DNA of 63,763 bases, filler included, from Octopus bimaculoides (GCF_001194135.2; 5 parts of 5 records of this genome joined end to end with filler, not necessarily neighbours in it); one strand, 5' to 3'. Positions 49,610 to 63,129 are shown, counted from the whole stretch's first letter. Program-made: numbers and translations. The notes: generated from the sequence alone by a model not told the origin.

Positions 49610-49819
49610 CACACACACACACGCACACACACACACACGCACACACACACACACACATGTATAAAAGCGTATGTGTGTTTGTGCATGTGTGTATATGTGT
49701 GCGTAAGGGAATCTTAGTGTTTGTATTTGTCTCTCATCGATTGACAACCAGCATTGGTTTGTTTGCCTTCTGGTTACGTAGCAGTTCGGTAAATACAAAC
49801 CAATAGAATACCAGCAAAC

Positions 49820-50146
49820 TTACGTGATAGTATCAAAAAGTTCCCAGATTAATTCTGTAGTGCGCCAACAGATAGCAACACACAGTTGCATGCTCAGTGA
49901 GGAGTAGCAATGGCCTTCATAAGGCTGTGTACCAAGTAACATCGCTGTGTTTACTTCGCAAGTTCTGAAATTTGTGTTTTCGCGATCACGAGTATGCTGT
50001 AGTCTGCGATTTTGTCATGGACAGGAACAAGGAGCCAACGTAAAATTTTGCGTTAAACTTGGAAATCTGCTACAGAGACGTTGAGCGTGTTTCAGCAAGC
50101 TTACGGCGACGAGGCAATGGGTCGTATGCTATGTTTCGAGTGGCTA
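49820..50146 (+). mobile_element. Mariner 5' fragment
   Basis: TIR-like tacgtgatagtatcaaaaagttccc followed by MDRNKE..NVKFCVKLG.SATETLSVFQQAYGDEAMGRMLCFEW. Confidence 0.75.
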
Positions 50147-51334
50147 ATACTTTATTTTGTTGACTACGCAGAAACGAAAATTACCGATCTCGGTGACTTT
50201 TCAGCTCAGAGAGCAAAGGCTGAACAAATACCACAAAACATTTTATCTGCCAATTTACTACCTAGATCGATTTATTGACATTGAAAGGATGAAAGGCAAA
50301 ACCAACCTCGGTGGCATTTGAACTCAGAAAGTTGAGTCAGAACTAATACTGAAGGCAGTTTGTCTCTATGATTCTATCGTTCACGGCTATCTTGTAATAA
50401 TTGTTTCTAATATAAGCAGAAGGCCTGAAATTTTGGAAGAGAGAGTTAACCAGTTCTATCGACCTTCATGACTGGTACTTTATTTTATCGACCATAAAAA
50501 TGAAAGGCAAAGTTGACCTCAGTAGCATACTCAGTAGCAAGGCATACTACAATGTTCTAACGATGTTGCCGGTGGATCACCTTAAATAATTATTTCTAAA
50601 TGGGGCGCAAGGCCTGAGATTTGGGAAGAGAAGATCAAATCGACGCTAGTACTTCACTATTACTTTATTTTTTATCGACTCTGGAAACGATGAAAGGTAA
50701 ATTTGATTTCCACAGGATATGAACTCAGGACGTGTAGGAATGTAATTAGATATCTCTTGACATTTTGGCTATTACACTAAAAATTCTGTCAACCAATGCA
50801 CTAATAATAATAATAATAATTCTTTCTGTTAGAGATACAAAGCCTGAAATTTTGGAGAAGTGGACTAGTCGATTACATTGACCCCAGTTCTAAACTAGTT
50901 TGTACTAATTTTATCGACTTTGAAAGATAAATGTCAACCATGGCGAAATTTGAATGTAAAGTCGGAAAAAGTGCCGCTAAACGTTTCGTTGCGCGATGTA
51001 CTGACGATTCTGCTAGCTCGACGCCTCAAAAGAATTACTTATCAGTTATGTTAATTATTTTTCTTTCTAATTTTGGTATAAGGCCAGCAATTTTGAGGGA
51101 TTGAAGAAGTCATTTACATCGACCCTAGTGCTCATACTCCCGTTTGAATTATCATCAATGTGTATCTCAGTGTGACGATCCAAAAAGTTTCAGCTTCTGA
51201 TGAAAAATATATAAACCCTATGTGATAAAATATATACGCAGTATGTATTGAGTACTTTTTGCTTACAAACTGTAAAATTAATGGCGGAATATGAAGCAAG
51301 CCAACGCTGCTACACGAAGAATATTACCTTAAAG

Positions 51335-51735
51335 CAAGAGATCAGATCGGCTGAAAAAAGTTAAGATACTACTCGTTAGAGCAAAGACGAGCAAGATGTG
51401 TAGTAATAAATGTCTGGAAGATCCTGGAAGGATTTGCAGCAAACTTTCGCATTAAAAACTATAACCTTCGAACAGGCGCCATTGCATAATGCCAAAATTC
51501 TCCATTCTCCATCCAGATTTAGAACTGCAATGGCATAGAGTTCAAAGGTCCATGGCTTTTCAATATGCTACCGAAAAACTAAAACAAAACAAAACAAAAT
51601 AAAAACAAAAAGCACCCATGGTGTGGATGTAGGTGCTTCCAAAAAGCAACTGGAGTTTCTACTGTTAAGAATTTGCGGCAAGAAATTGAACTGTAGGCAA
51701 CAATTTCGAACTCTTTCATTCAGCAAATAGCGATT
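51335..51735 (+). mobile_element. CR1/L2-group LINE 3' fragment
   Basis: Residual DRLKKL..YSLEQRRAR..VINVWKILEG...FKGPWLFNMLPK. Confidence 0.7.
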
Positions 51736-51833
51736 GAAAAGGAAGATCACTAAAAGTGTTGCAGCGCCAACGACGTTGCCCCAGTATAGCCACAACTTAT
51801 ACATACATACATGCATGCATACTTACATACATA

Positions 51834-52105
51834 AGGACTTACTCAAAGCAACACTGAAGGCCACTGGACTTGAGCCTAAATCGTTTGAAACACAAGCCCA
51901 AGACTGTACCAAGTGGCAGTGTTCCATCACCATCGGAACCAAAAGCTTCGAAGCTATCAGAAGAGAAGACGAAGGGATCAAACAGCAGGAGAGAAAGGCT
52001 CGAGAAAAATCAACCTCGTCCTCCACCAACATTGCCATGTAGCCAATGCCATCGATTCTTCTGTGCAAGAATTGGTGTACAGAGTTATCAACGGCATTAC
52101 CATAA
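51834..52105 (+). mobile_element. RTE-clade LINE 3' fragment
   Basis: KDLLKATLKATGL...W...I..G...FE...RK.R followed, after a frameshift, by LPCSQCHRFFCARIGVQSYQRH, the RTE C-terminal Zn-finger-like motif. Confidence 0.75.
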
Positions 52106-52142
52106 AAGAGGTGCTCAGCCAAGAAGAAACTAAATTCTCGGG

Positions 52143-52189
<47 letters not shown>

Positions 52190-53339
52190 NNNNNNNNNNN
52201 NNNNNNNNNNNNNNNNNNNNNNNNNNNNNNNNNNNNNNNNNNNNNNNNNNNNNNNNNNNNNNNNNNNNNNNNNNNNNNNNNNNNNNNNNNNNNNNNNNNN
52301 NNNNNNNNNNNNNNNNNNNNNNNNNNNNNNNNNNNNNNNNNNNNNNNNNNNNNNNNNNNNNNNNNNNNNNNNNNNNNNNNNNNNNNNNNNNNNNNNNNNN
52401 NNNNNNNNNNNNNNNNNNNNNNNNNNNNNNNNNNNNNNNNNNNNNNNNNNNNNNNNNNNNNNNNNNNNNNNNNNNNNNNNNNNNNNNNNNNNNNNNNNNN
52501 NNNNNNNNNNNNNNNNNNNNNNNNNNNNNNNNNNNNNNNNNNNNNNNNNNNNNNNNNNNNNNNNNNNNNNNNNNNNNNNNNNNNNNNNNNNNNNNNNNNN
52601 NNNNNNNNNNNNNNNNNNNNNNNNNNNNNNNNNNNNNNNNNNNNNNNNNNNNNNNNNNNNNNNNNNNNNNNNNNNNNNNNNNNNNNNNNNNNNNNNNNNN
52701 NNNNNNNNNNNTGTGTGTGTGTGTGTGTTTGCTTCCCCTCACCAACGCTTGACAACTAATATTGGATTGTTTATGTTCCCGTAACTTAGCAGTCCGGCAA
52801 AAATTCAAGGCGGTACTTCAGCATGGCCTCAGTCTAATGACTGCAACAAGTAAAAGTAGCTTTATACATATATATTGATACACTCACGCGCTCACACACG
52901 ACTTCACACACACACATACACCACGCATATCTACATACACAACTCATACGCACGCTCGTACATATACATACACGTTTGCAAGCATACACTCACACATACT
53001 CTGTCTACCACAAACACACAGACACACTGTACCTCTCTCTATCTGTCTGTTCCTCTCTATCCGTCTCTCCTCTATCCGTTTCTCTGTCTGTCTGTTCCTC
53101 TCTATCCGTCTCTCCTTCTCTATCCGTTTCTCTGTCTGTCTGACTTTTCTCTCAGTTTATTAATATCTTTACCATTTCCCATGTTCTCAATCATAGTTTC
53201 TCGCCTCTCCTTCTCTCCCGCCGCCATTCTGTCATTATCTTTCTTTTACTTATACCCAATCTCTATACTTATCTCNNNNNNNNNNCCCCCCCCCCCGACA
53301 CACACACACAAGCATACGCGCACGCACACACGCACTGAA

Positions 53340-53990
53340 ATACAGGGAGGTGGATATCAAAATCAGTGTAACTCTGGACAAAATTCGTTGTAACATTTAG
53401 CACGTCAGAAAAAAAGGCATAGCTGCATCGGTTCCGGCTTTTATTTTTTGAGTACAAATGCCTCCGAGGGCGACTTTGCCTTTCATCTTTTCGGGGTCGA
53501 TAAAATAAGTGGTAGCTGAGTTCTGGGATCAATGTAATCGACTAGCCCCCTCCTCCAAAATTACTGGCCTTGTGCCTAAATTTGAAACAATATTTAACAT
53601 GCCGGGTAAAATGCATATCAGCATTTCTTCCGGTTTTAACGTTCCGATCTCAAATGCCACCGAGGTCAACTTTGCCGTTCATTCTTTTGGGGTTGATTGT
53701 GTAAGTACCGGTGAAACACAGGAGCCGACGTAATCGACTAGTTCCTTTACCCAAAATTTCAGGCCTGGCAGAATCGTTAGCACGCCGGACGAAATATTTA
53801 GTGGTATTTCGTCTGTCTTTATGTTCTGAGTTCAAATTCTGCCGAGGTCGACTTTGCCTTTCATCCTTTTGGGGTCGATTAATTAAATACCAGTTGCGTA
53901 CTGAGTCGATTTAATCGACTGGCCCCCTCCCCACCAAATTTCTGGCCTTGTGCCTAGAGTAGAAAAGGATTATCATTATCATCATCATCA

Positions 53991-54051
<61 letters not shown>

Positions 54052-54300
54052 TACTACTACTACTACTATTGAAGGCGGCGAGCTGGCAGAATCGGTAGCA
54101 CTCCGGACAAAATGCTTAGCGACATTTCGACCGTCTTTACGTTCTGTGTTCAAATGTTACCGATGTTGACTTTATCTTTCATCTTTTCGGGGGCCGATAA
54201 AATAAGTACCAGTTGAGCACTGGGAAGTGATGTAATCGACTAGATCCCTCTCCGCAAGATTTCAGGTTTTGTGTCTTTAATACAAAGAATCATTACTATT
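53340..54300 (+). mobile_element. Tandem array of ~4 family C SINE copies
   Basis: ggcgagctggcagaatcgttagcac.ccgg.c.aaatg...gttcaaatt..gccgaggtcgactttgcctttcatcctttcggggtcgataaa repeats head-to-tail. Confidence 0.8.
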
Positions 54301-56099
54301 TTTGCAGTAGCGGATGACATAAAATACAGAGTAACAGCCAAAATATAATGCGATATCTAATTACATTTTTGCACGTCTTAAGTTCGTATCCCGAGGTAAT
54401 CAGCTTTACTTTTCATATTTTCTAGAGTAGATAAAAATAAAGTATCAGTTAAGTACTAAGGTCGATTCAAATTTCAGGCAGTGGGGTCAATATAATCGAC
54501 TAGCCCCTACCCACAGTCCCTGTGCATATAAAAAGAAAAAAATATTTTGTTATGTTCCTTTATACTGCTGAGGACGACTCCACCTTTCATTCTCTGTTAT
54601 CGATAAAACAGCATCAAATACTGAGATCAATAGATTCGATCATACTTTCCCCAACACAATGTGCCCCTATTACAAATCACAGTTATTAAAGGTAAATGAT
54701 GCAATGTTTGAAAAGGTAGTAATAATTACATCTACCACTAAATGTAAATATTTTTTTCTTCTTTTCTCTCTTGTACTTGTTTGAGTCATTGGATTGCGGC
54801 CATTCTGGGGCACTGGCTTGAAGGGTTTAATCGAACAAATCGATCCCAGTATTTATGCTGTTTTTGTTTCTTTAAAGTCTGGTACTTATACTATCGGTCT
54901 CTTTGCCGTACTGCTAAGACAGAAGAAGTCGAATGCTGCCTGTAGGACTTGAACTCACATCTGTAAACATGACAGGTGTTCTACCACGCACGAAAGCAAT
55001 TTTTCGAATTTTTCTATCAACTTTAGAATCTTTATTTTAACCAATCGAAAATTGAATGTTATTGACGTCATAAGAATTTAAACCTTCATTGAGCATCGGT
55101 TAGTGTATCTCGCGCCAGACACTACCCTAGTATAAATGGTCGAAACTGGACCAGAAGGAGTACCGAAAACGCCACGATAAAACTGCACAGCGGGTAGACT
55201 TGGAGATGTGTAACAGGTGGGCTAGAGTGTACTGACAAGTAGCACAAACACCAACCCTTTCCAGTTGATGGAGTAAAATTCCAATTCGTCCTTGTCGTCG
55301 TCTAGTTTTCTCGAGAACGCCATCGCTCTTAGCCATCACTAATTCTTTATATATAGGTAAAGCAGAACTTTCACCGGCCGCATTGCCCGACTGTAAGGTG
55401 GTGAGCGCCTAATAGCATTCCAGATGCCAGGCGCCCAGTTTTGGTCTTTTTTTTGGTTCATAATTACAATATTATTAACGACACGAGCCGCAGAAAAGCG
55501 CTCGTTATATATAGAGATCATACCTAATCGCTCACTGTTCAGGAATCTCTGCAGACGCGTGTCTAGGTAATCAGCAGCTACAGCATGCCCAGCCTGTCTT
55601 CTAAGGGACGCTGGCAAGTAATGGATTACCTGACCAATGGAACGTGTTCCCTTCTACACGTACGTAGAGTAATAATAACAATGGTTTTAATTTAGGTACA
55701 AAGCCAGTAATTTTGAGTGGAGAGATTACATCGACCCCTGAATTTGACTAGTACTGTATTTTATCGGTTCCGAAGGGCTGAAAAGCAATGTAATGAAGAT
55801 GTAAGAGACCGTGGATGCATGTTCTAAGTCGGGGCACCAATTTGTAAAGACCGTGCGATGTGAGCTGACGAGAATTGCTCTTTCGTACCACATCACACAT
55901 GCGTTACAATAATGAGAAAATGAATGGTACAAATAAGTGCCAGATGGAAAAAGAGACACAACTGCGTAGAATGATTAAGAGAATATTTTTTGATAAGATA
56001 ACGTGTGTGTTTGTGTGTGCATCATGTAAACAGAATAATAGACAGGCCGTCATGAGAACAAAGTGTATGTGTGCGTGTAGGCATAAATGTATGCGCGTG

Positions 56100-56957
56100 T
56101 GTTAAGTACATATAAGGATGGAAATGAAGGAGGAGATAGTGAAAGAGTCTATAGCCATCGAAGTGAGGAGTAAGTTCATAGACACAAGAAAAATGAATAA
56201 TACCCGTTCGTAGTCATTCGTACACGGTGGTTGAAATACTGTATCAAGAAGTCGTGGCCATGGTGCTGAGCCGGTTACAGGTACATGTCGTACGTGAAGT
56301 CGTGGCTGTGATGCTGCTGCCTGGGTCACTTGTACAGAAGTTCGTGCAGGTTGTATATTCGCTGTCGATCCGTCGTAAAGTAATCCACGAACAGTGATTT
56401 GTTCGTGGATGAGTTACTTGCTGAGCTGTGTACGTAGAGAGATGATGTGGACGTTGAGAAGGACAAATGGTGGTGACGAAGACGGAGTTTGCTGTAATGC
56501 TGTTGGACGAAGTTCGTAAGTCTCAACGTAGCTGCTGTGGTAGTGGTGGTGTTGCCTGGCGTTGTCACTGGAACTGATTGTGTCTTTGTGGTCAGTGGCA
56601 AGACCTTAAAAGGACTGGAGCCCAAAACCTCGGAACGAGGAAAAGCTGAGTATTTATAAGGTGATGTAGGCTCAAACAGGATTGTAAACAGGCTGTCCCA
56701 CGTGATCTTAATTAGGGCCTCCAACTGGTTATACACGGCAATTTGGCGTAACAGAGTAAGAGACAAATTGCGCCAATACCAACCAATCAGAGTAGAGGAC
56801 ACACCTGAATCTAAATAGCGTCCAAAGGCTAGCTGTTTTCCGCTACGTTCGAATGCACGTATATATAATAATTGGGAGAGCGGAATTTCACCCGAGTCTA
56901 TGCTACAAAAACAATGGACACACACAGACACACGCACACAAAACAAACTTCACAACA
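56100..56957 (-). mobile_element. Possible solo-LTR-like or promoter-bearing element
   Basis: The minus strand starts TGTTGTG (56957) and ends TTAACA (56100). It has two CCAAT boxes (56773, 56783) and TATAAATA (56651-56658), and is more GC/CpG-rich than its flanks. No TSD or AATAAA was found. Confidence 0.3.
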
Positions 56958-57069
56958 TGTAGATAAACATATAATCAAAATACCATGACTTCCAAATATG
57001 CACAAAATGCCATTATGAAGTAGAGCATATTTACAAGGTATATGATGTAGGGAAAAATATTCTTTTCTT

Positions 57070-57920
57070 CTCAAAGCACAAGGCCCTAAATTTTTGAGGA
57101 TGGGGTCAGTTGATTAGATCGACCCCAGTATGCAACTGTTAATTAATTTATCGTTCCCGAAAGGATGAAAGGCAAAGTCGACCTCGGCGGAATTTGAACT
57201 CAAAACGTAAACACAAGAAATACCTATTTCTTTACTGCCCACAAGGGGCTACACACAGAGGGGACAAACAAGGACAGACAAACGGATTAAGTCGATTATA
57301 TCGACCCCAGTGCGTAACTGGTACTTAATTTATCGACCCCGAAAGGATGAAAGGCAAAGTCGACCTCGGCGGAATTTGANNNNNNNNNNGTCGACCTCGG
57401 CGGAATTTGAACTCAGAACGCAGTGGCAGACGAAATACCGCTAAGCGTTTCGCTCGGCGTGTTAATGTTTCTGCCAGTTCGCCGCCTTTATGTAGGGAGA
57501 ATATTAAAAATAGAACTTCTAAATAGCAACGTTTTGGGACAGAGTTAGATTCCAACACTTCAATTGTTCTTTATTTTATCGACCCCGAAAGGACGAAAAT
57601 CAAATTTGATATTAACGGTATTTAAGCTCAGAACGTAAAAGTTCCGACACAAATGCTGCAAAGCATTTTTCTGACGCTCTTATAATTCTGCCAACAGCAA
57701 TGATAATAATCATTTCTACTAAAGGCACAAGGCCTGAAGTTATTTTGGGGTGGGGATTAGTCAATTACATCGACTCCACTGCTTCACTGGTACGTAATTT
57801 CTCTAAAGGATGAAAGGCAAAGTCGTCCTCGGTGGAATGTGAACTCAGAACATGAAGACGGACGAAATGCCGCTAAACATTTTGCTGAGCGTGCAAACGG
57901 TTCTACCAGTTCATCACCTT
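57070..57920 (-). mobile_element. Tandem array of family C SINE copies
   Basis: Repeated atcgaccccgaaaggatgaaaggcaaagtcgacctcggcggaatttgaactcagaacg. The head terminates at gccagttcgccgcc (~57485). Confidence 0.8.
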
Positions 57921-58523
57921 AACAACAATGATTATAATAACATCTGTTACCTCCCTCTCATAAAAATAGCTTCATAGACAGTACTGACCAACTCGCGATG
58001 CTTCACTTTATAAGTCCTAACGACAAAGACTTGCACTTCGTGTGAGTCTTGAGAAAAAGTGTCGAAGCTGTTTTTATACACATTTGCACAAAACTTTTGA
58101 AGTTACTTTTCTTGTCTCCCTTCGCACAAATTAACAAGAAAAATAAATAGAAATACAAGGGAGGTAATTAGTGAACGCTAAAGCTGTAATCGCTGTGCAA
58201 TAAGGGACATAACTCAGTGAGACACTATAGGAGATAACTTTCTTGAAATTAATATTCGTTTGAGTGAAAGTGTCGGGGAAGAATGGTGATTCTATCTATC
58301 TATCTATCTATCTACATATTTTTATTCTTTTTATGTGTTTCAGTCAGTTGACTGCGGCCAAGCTGCAGCACCGCCTTTAGTCGAGCAAATCGCCCCCAGG
58401 GCTTATTCTTTGTAAGCCTAGTATTTATTCTATCGGTATTTTTGCCGAACCGCTACGTTACAGGGGCGTAAACACACCAGCATCAGTAGTCAAGCGATGG
58501 TGGGGGGACAAACACAGAAACAG

Positions 58524-58587
<64 letters not shown>

Positions 58588-58896
58588 ATACATACACAGG
58601 TACACACACACACACAGGTATACACACACACACATACATGCATACATACATACATACATACATACATACATACATACATACATACATACATACTAAAGGA
58701 AAATTCATATCCACCAAAAATAGAAATTATTCATGAGAACAAACATGCGTATGTATACACATCAACCAATTTAGATGATCACAAAGCGCCCAACACTCAT
58801 TCAAACTGTAACAGTTAAATTCTTCAAATGGAAATAAAAACTTAAATAAATCCCTTAGAAAATCTCTGTGCGCGCGTGTGATTATTAATCCATATA

Positions 58897-60145
58897 CAAG
58901 TATTGGACAAAATAATGGAAACACCTAGCATCATAGCATCATAATTTTGAAATGGCTATAAAACCGTCGAAAGCTTGTTTATTTTTATGTTTTTATAAAT
59001 TTATTATTACTGTTGCTTAATATGTTTTGCTAAAATTGATGTTTCTTTTCAGATATCATCAGAAAAAAGTGAATTAAAATTCGTTAAAATGACAGATTTA
59101 TCGGACTTTCAAAGAGGCCAAATTTTTGGTGCTCGTATGGCAGGCACTAGCGTAACGAAAACAGCCGAAATGTTTGGTGTATCAAGAAGTTCTGTATCAA
59201 AAGTAATGACAGCCTTTGAGAAAGAGGGAAAAACTTCCTCGTCGAAACAAAACTCCGGAAGAAAACCAAAACTTTCAGAAAGGGACCGTCGGACTCTTAC
59301 GCAAATTGTTAGGAAGGATCACAAAAGTACAGCTCCCAAAATTACTGCAGAGATTAATGACCACCTCGAGACCTAGTTTCCACAAAAATTGTTCGCCGGG
59401 AGCTGCATAAAACCAGATTTCACCTGAGGGGTGCAATTAGAAAACCACTACTTTCAAAAACAAACGTTGCAAAGCGTTTAGAGTGGAGTAAAAACCTACA
59501 GAATTGGTCCCTAGAGCAGTGGACGAATGTTATTTTCTCAGACGAGTCATCCTTTACATTATTTTCGACCACCGGCCGAGTATACGTCTAGAGATAACCA
59601 AAAGAAGCATTTGACCGAGACTGCCTTCTTCCAACTGTTAAACATGGAGGAGGATCTGTGATGATCTGGGAGGCTATATCTTGGAAATCCGCCGGCCCAA
59701 TGGTTTCCCTTCATGGCAGAATTAATAGTCAAGACTATTTAAGCATTTTATCTGGTCTGATTCATCCTATGGTTACGGAACTGTTTCCGAAGGGAAGCAC
59801 AATCTTTCAGGATGATAATGCACCAATTCACACAGCTAAAGTTGTTACTGAATAACACGAAGAACATTTTGGTGAAGCTGAACATCTTATCTGGCCACCA
59901 CAGTCCCCAGATCTCAATATTATTGAACATTTATGGTGCATTTTATAAAAACAAGTAAGAAGTCGATATCCTCCACCATCATCCCTACAAGAACTGGAGA
60001 CGGACAAAAACTCCTTTGGAAACAATTCAAACTTTGTACGAGTTCATACCTCGTGCTGTAATTACTGCCAAAGGCGGTCCTACTCCGTATTAAAATAAAT
60101 CTGTTTGAAATTTTAAAGTGTTTCCATTGTTGTGTCTAACCCCTG
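58897..60145 (+). mobile_element. Near full-length Tc1 (DD34E) transposon with an inactivated transposase
   Basis: TIRs ta|caagtattggacaaaataatggaaacac and reverse complement ta|caggggttagacacaacaatggaaacac, with TA TSD. The ORF starts at 59089 (MTDLSDFQRGQI..) and contains FSDES, FQDDNAPIH and WPPQSPDLNIIE, with frameshifts and stops. Confidence 0.92.
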
Positions 60146-61269
60146 TATGTATCGGCGAATGTCAGAGTTGCAAACATCGGCGAGAAAACCGATTAACCAT
60201 CACTTTAGACAAGAACATCTGGCGGTATTTTGTTTCTACCAAGCTGGATTGCGAGACTGACGCTCCTTCGTCACCCTAATCACGGTAGATGCTTTGAACT
60301 AATGATGCCATTGTTCGCAATGTGTGACACACACGCTCGCGCGCGCGTTGTAGTCGAACTCGGAAGTTTCGAGCATTGTACATTCTGATAAACTACTGAA
60401 ATACTCAGAAGGTAAGCAATTAGCTCGTTGACCATCACGATGATATGAGTATTTTCTAATAATTATTAAAAAATCTCCTTTGTGCTCATGTGCGTATGAG
60501 AACCGCGTATTTAACGGCTGATACCTCTAACAGCGTAGTTATCCATAAGACTTGTTTACGGCTTATGCATAATTTTTAATAATCTACGTTGTTATACTGC
60601 TACTTGATTCTGGTATTAACATAATCATGAAAGAAGCAAGATATGAAGAGAAAGTAGATACCATCAGCTGATGTTGCAAAGGCGTTCTCCGGCATGATTT
60701 CGAAGAAGACACCGAATAGCGTAGTGTGGGGGGCTGCACCCACATCACTCTGGTTAATTCCGCATATATTGAGGATCTTCGAATGAGAGCCTTAACACTG
60801 CACGACAACCTTCATGTTTGTGTGGAATGACCAAATTCCACACAAGGAACACGGGGTGGGGGAAAGTCAATACTGGTGAAAAATTTGAGCAAGCTGAGCC
60901 TACTCTTTGGCGAAGAGTGATTTCCTTTGCTCTCTGCATTTAACTTGTAATTGTTAAAGGGAGAAGACCTTGTCGATTCTGAAATGTTCTGACTTGAAAC
61001 TACACTGAGATTTGAAATATATACTTTCAGCGATTTTTTGGCTGAATTCCGCTGAAAGATCCAAATAACGCCCAGCAGCATGATTCCTCTGCAACTGTTA
61101 CAGTCGTTTCTCTCTGTGTTGTTCTTATACAGACTTACAATGTTTCAATCACCCATATCTTGCAGCACTGCTCCTTTTTTCTAGCTCTGGCACAACAAAT
61201 TTTGCTGGTAGTTTGGTTAATATTTCAAACTACCTGCGCGATCCTTTCGTGTCCGATCATGAAAAAAGC

Positions 61270-61385
61270 CCACATCAAACATAGATAAGATCCTGGAGTT
61301 CGAAAGACTTCTCAATAACATTAACACCAACATACAATTCACAATGGAACACAACCACGAGAAACTCCCATTTTGGCAGACCCTT
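61270..61385 (+). mobile_element. Penelope-like RT fragment
   Basis: DKILEFERLLNNINTNIQFTMEHNHEKLPF resembles the PLE LN.....IKFT.E.....LPFLD motif. Confidence 0.5.
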
Positions 61386-62534
61386 AGCTTACTCAAGAAA
61401 TGAAGAGGCATGCTGTTATTGTGGTTACAAAGGCTGAGCATAGCGATTTAGAAATATCTCGATTTTTAAAAGTTGCCAGATCTTTCATCTTCAAAGTTTG
61501 TAAGGAGCTATAGACTGATGATGGAAACGTATCACCAGTATCAAAGCATAAAAAGCATTCTAAACGCTCTAAAATCATCAGAACACCTGAATTTATCCAC
61601 CAAGTTCAACTACAATCCCAGAAAGTCCATGAGTCAATTGCAAAAGATCTCCATGTGTCAGAAGGAACAGTCAGAAATGTTGTCCACGAAGACATTAGAT
61701 ATAAGTCTTATATGATGAGAAAAGGTCAATTTGTCAGAAAAAGCAAAAGAAAATCACTACATCAGATCTAAAATGCTCTTAAACAAACTGAAAACTCCAG
61801 CAGAGGAAGATTTAATTTGGTTTTTCTCAAACGTGAAAAGCTTCGACCAAGATCAATAAGTTAACAGAAGAAATGACAGATGGTTATGTGCAGACCCTTC
61901 TGAAGTTCCAAGTGTTATACGTACAAAATTTCCTGCAACTGTCATGGTTTTAAGGGTTGTCAGCAATGAAGGACATGTGATGCCCCCTTACTCCTTTCCA
62001 CAAGGCCTTAGAGTTAACTCTGCCGCCTACATTGAGGTCCTAGAAATAATTGTTAAGCCCTGGCTGGACAGTGTATGTAATGGAAAGCCATATGTGTTTC
62101 AGTGTGACTCTGCACTATGACACATGGCTCCAGTAACAGGAATGGATGTCTGAAAATCTTTCATGATCACATAACCGCTAATATTTGACCTCCTAATTCC
62201 TTAGATCTCAATCCATTGGACTGTTACATGTGGAGCGTTGTTGACGGAGAGTTCAATGAACACGCCTATAACACCAAAGATCCTTTGAAAGCTGGCATAG
62301 TCAGAGTAATGGTCAAAATGAACCAGGACCACCTGATTCGAGTATGTAGATGATTTAGATCTCATATAGAAGCAGTTGTTGAAGCTGTAGGTGGCTTTAT
62401 TAAATAACATTATAGAAAAGAAGGTTTATTTTTATCCTCATAGCATTTTTTGATAAATAAAGTTATTATCTGTTATTATATATGTTTTTTTTTATATAAA
62501 CATAAATCTGTCCTCAAATATTTTACGCACCCTG
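61386..62534 (+). mobile_element. Degenerate DD37D (maT/Bmmar1-like) Tc1-mariner element lacking its left TIR
   Basis: Translation from 61400: MKRHAVIV...KFPATVMV..VVSNEGHVMPP...YVFQ.DSA...PPNSLDLNPLD.Y.W...AVVEA.GGFIK*. The catalytic third residue is D (NPLD). The right TIR ends caccctg|ta. Confidence 0.85.
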
Positions 62535-62671
62535 TATGTATACATATACGTATAATACATACATACATATANNNNNNNNNNNNNNNNNNNNNNNNNNNNN
62601 NNNNNNNNNNNNNNNTTAATTAATTAANNNNNNNNNNNNNNNNNNNNNNNNNNNNNNNNNNNNNNNNNNNN

Positions 62672-62721
<50 letters not shown>

Positions 62722-63129
62722 GTATATATACACACATACATATGTACGCCTGTCTATGTGTATTGCTGTCGATCAGAAGAATATATTTTCTCTTTAAAGG
62801 ATAACAAATGGATGCCAGGGATGACGAAAGGGTCATGTAATCTAAGATTAACAAATGTGTGGAAAGAATATGTTTCTTGAATAAAAAAAGACGAAACGGT
62901 ATATTTCCATTCTTACTTACCTGGACATGAAAATAGCATTCTATTTTTGCATTATACCCGACATTTTGGAAATCTTATTAACAATAATCCTAGACTTTTA
63001 ATCCGGTTTCAATATAGAACTTACCTTCCGATATATATAAATATATCGTTAAATTGATGCACAGGAAGCAAGGAAAATATATTGTTTCAGTCGGGGTCTT
63101 ATGCGTGTTATCTACAATGTTCGAAATCG

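Larger units (their letters stand above)
48530..51030 (-). mobile_element. Cluster of family C SINE fragments interleaved with family B/D-like SINEs and mariner pieces
   Basis: The core atcgacc...aaag.atgaaaggcaaagt.gac.tcgg.ggaatttgaactcag recurs near 48530, 48730, 50285, 50490, 50680 and 50920. Confidence 0.65.

Noticed and set aside
17265-52808. Long ORFs containing X runs or (YI)n/(CV)n/(HT)n/(SL)n
   Set aside because: Artefacts of assembly gaps and microsatellites.
56326-56946. 206-aa ORF as a real protein
   Set aside because: No start context or domain. It begins in a (GT)-rich run and is Thr/Ser-biased by base composition.
53340-57920. CRISPR-like regularly recurring repeats
   Set aside because: Eukaryotic context, irregular spacing, long diverged units and no cas genes. 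These are SINE copies.
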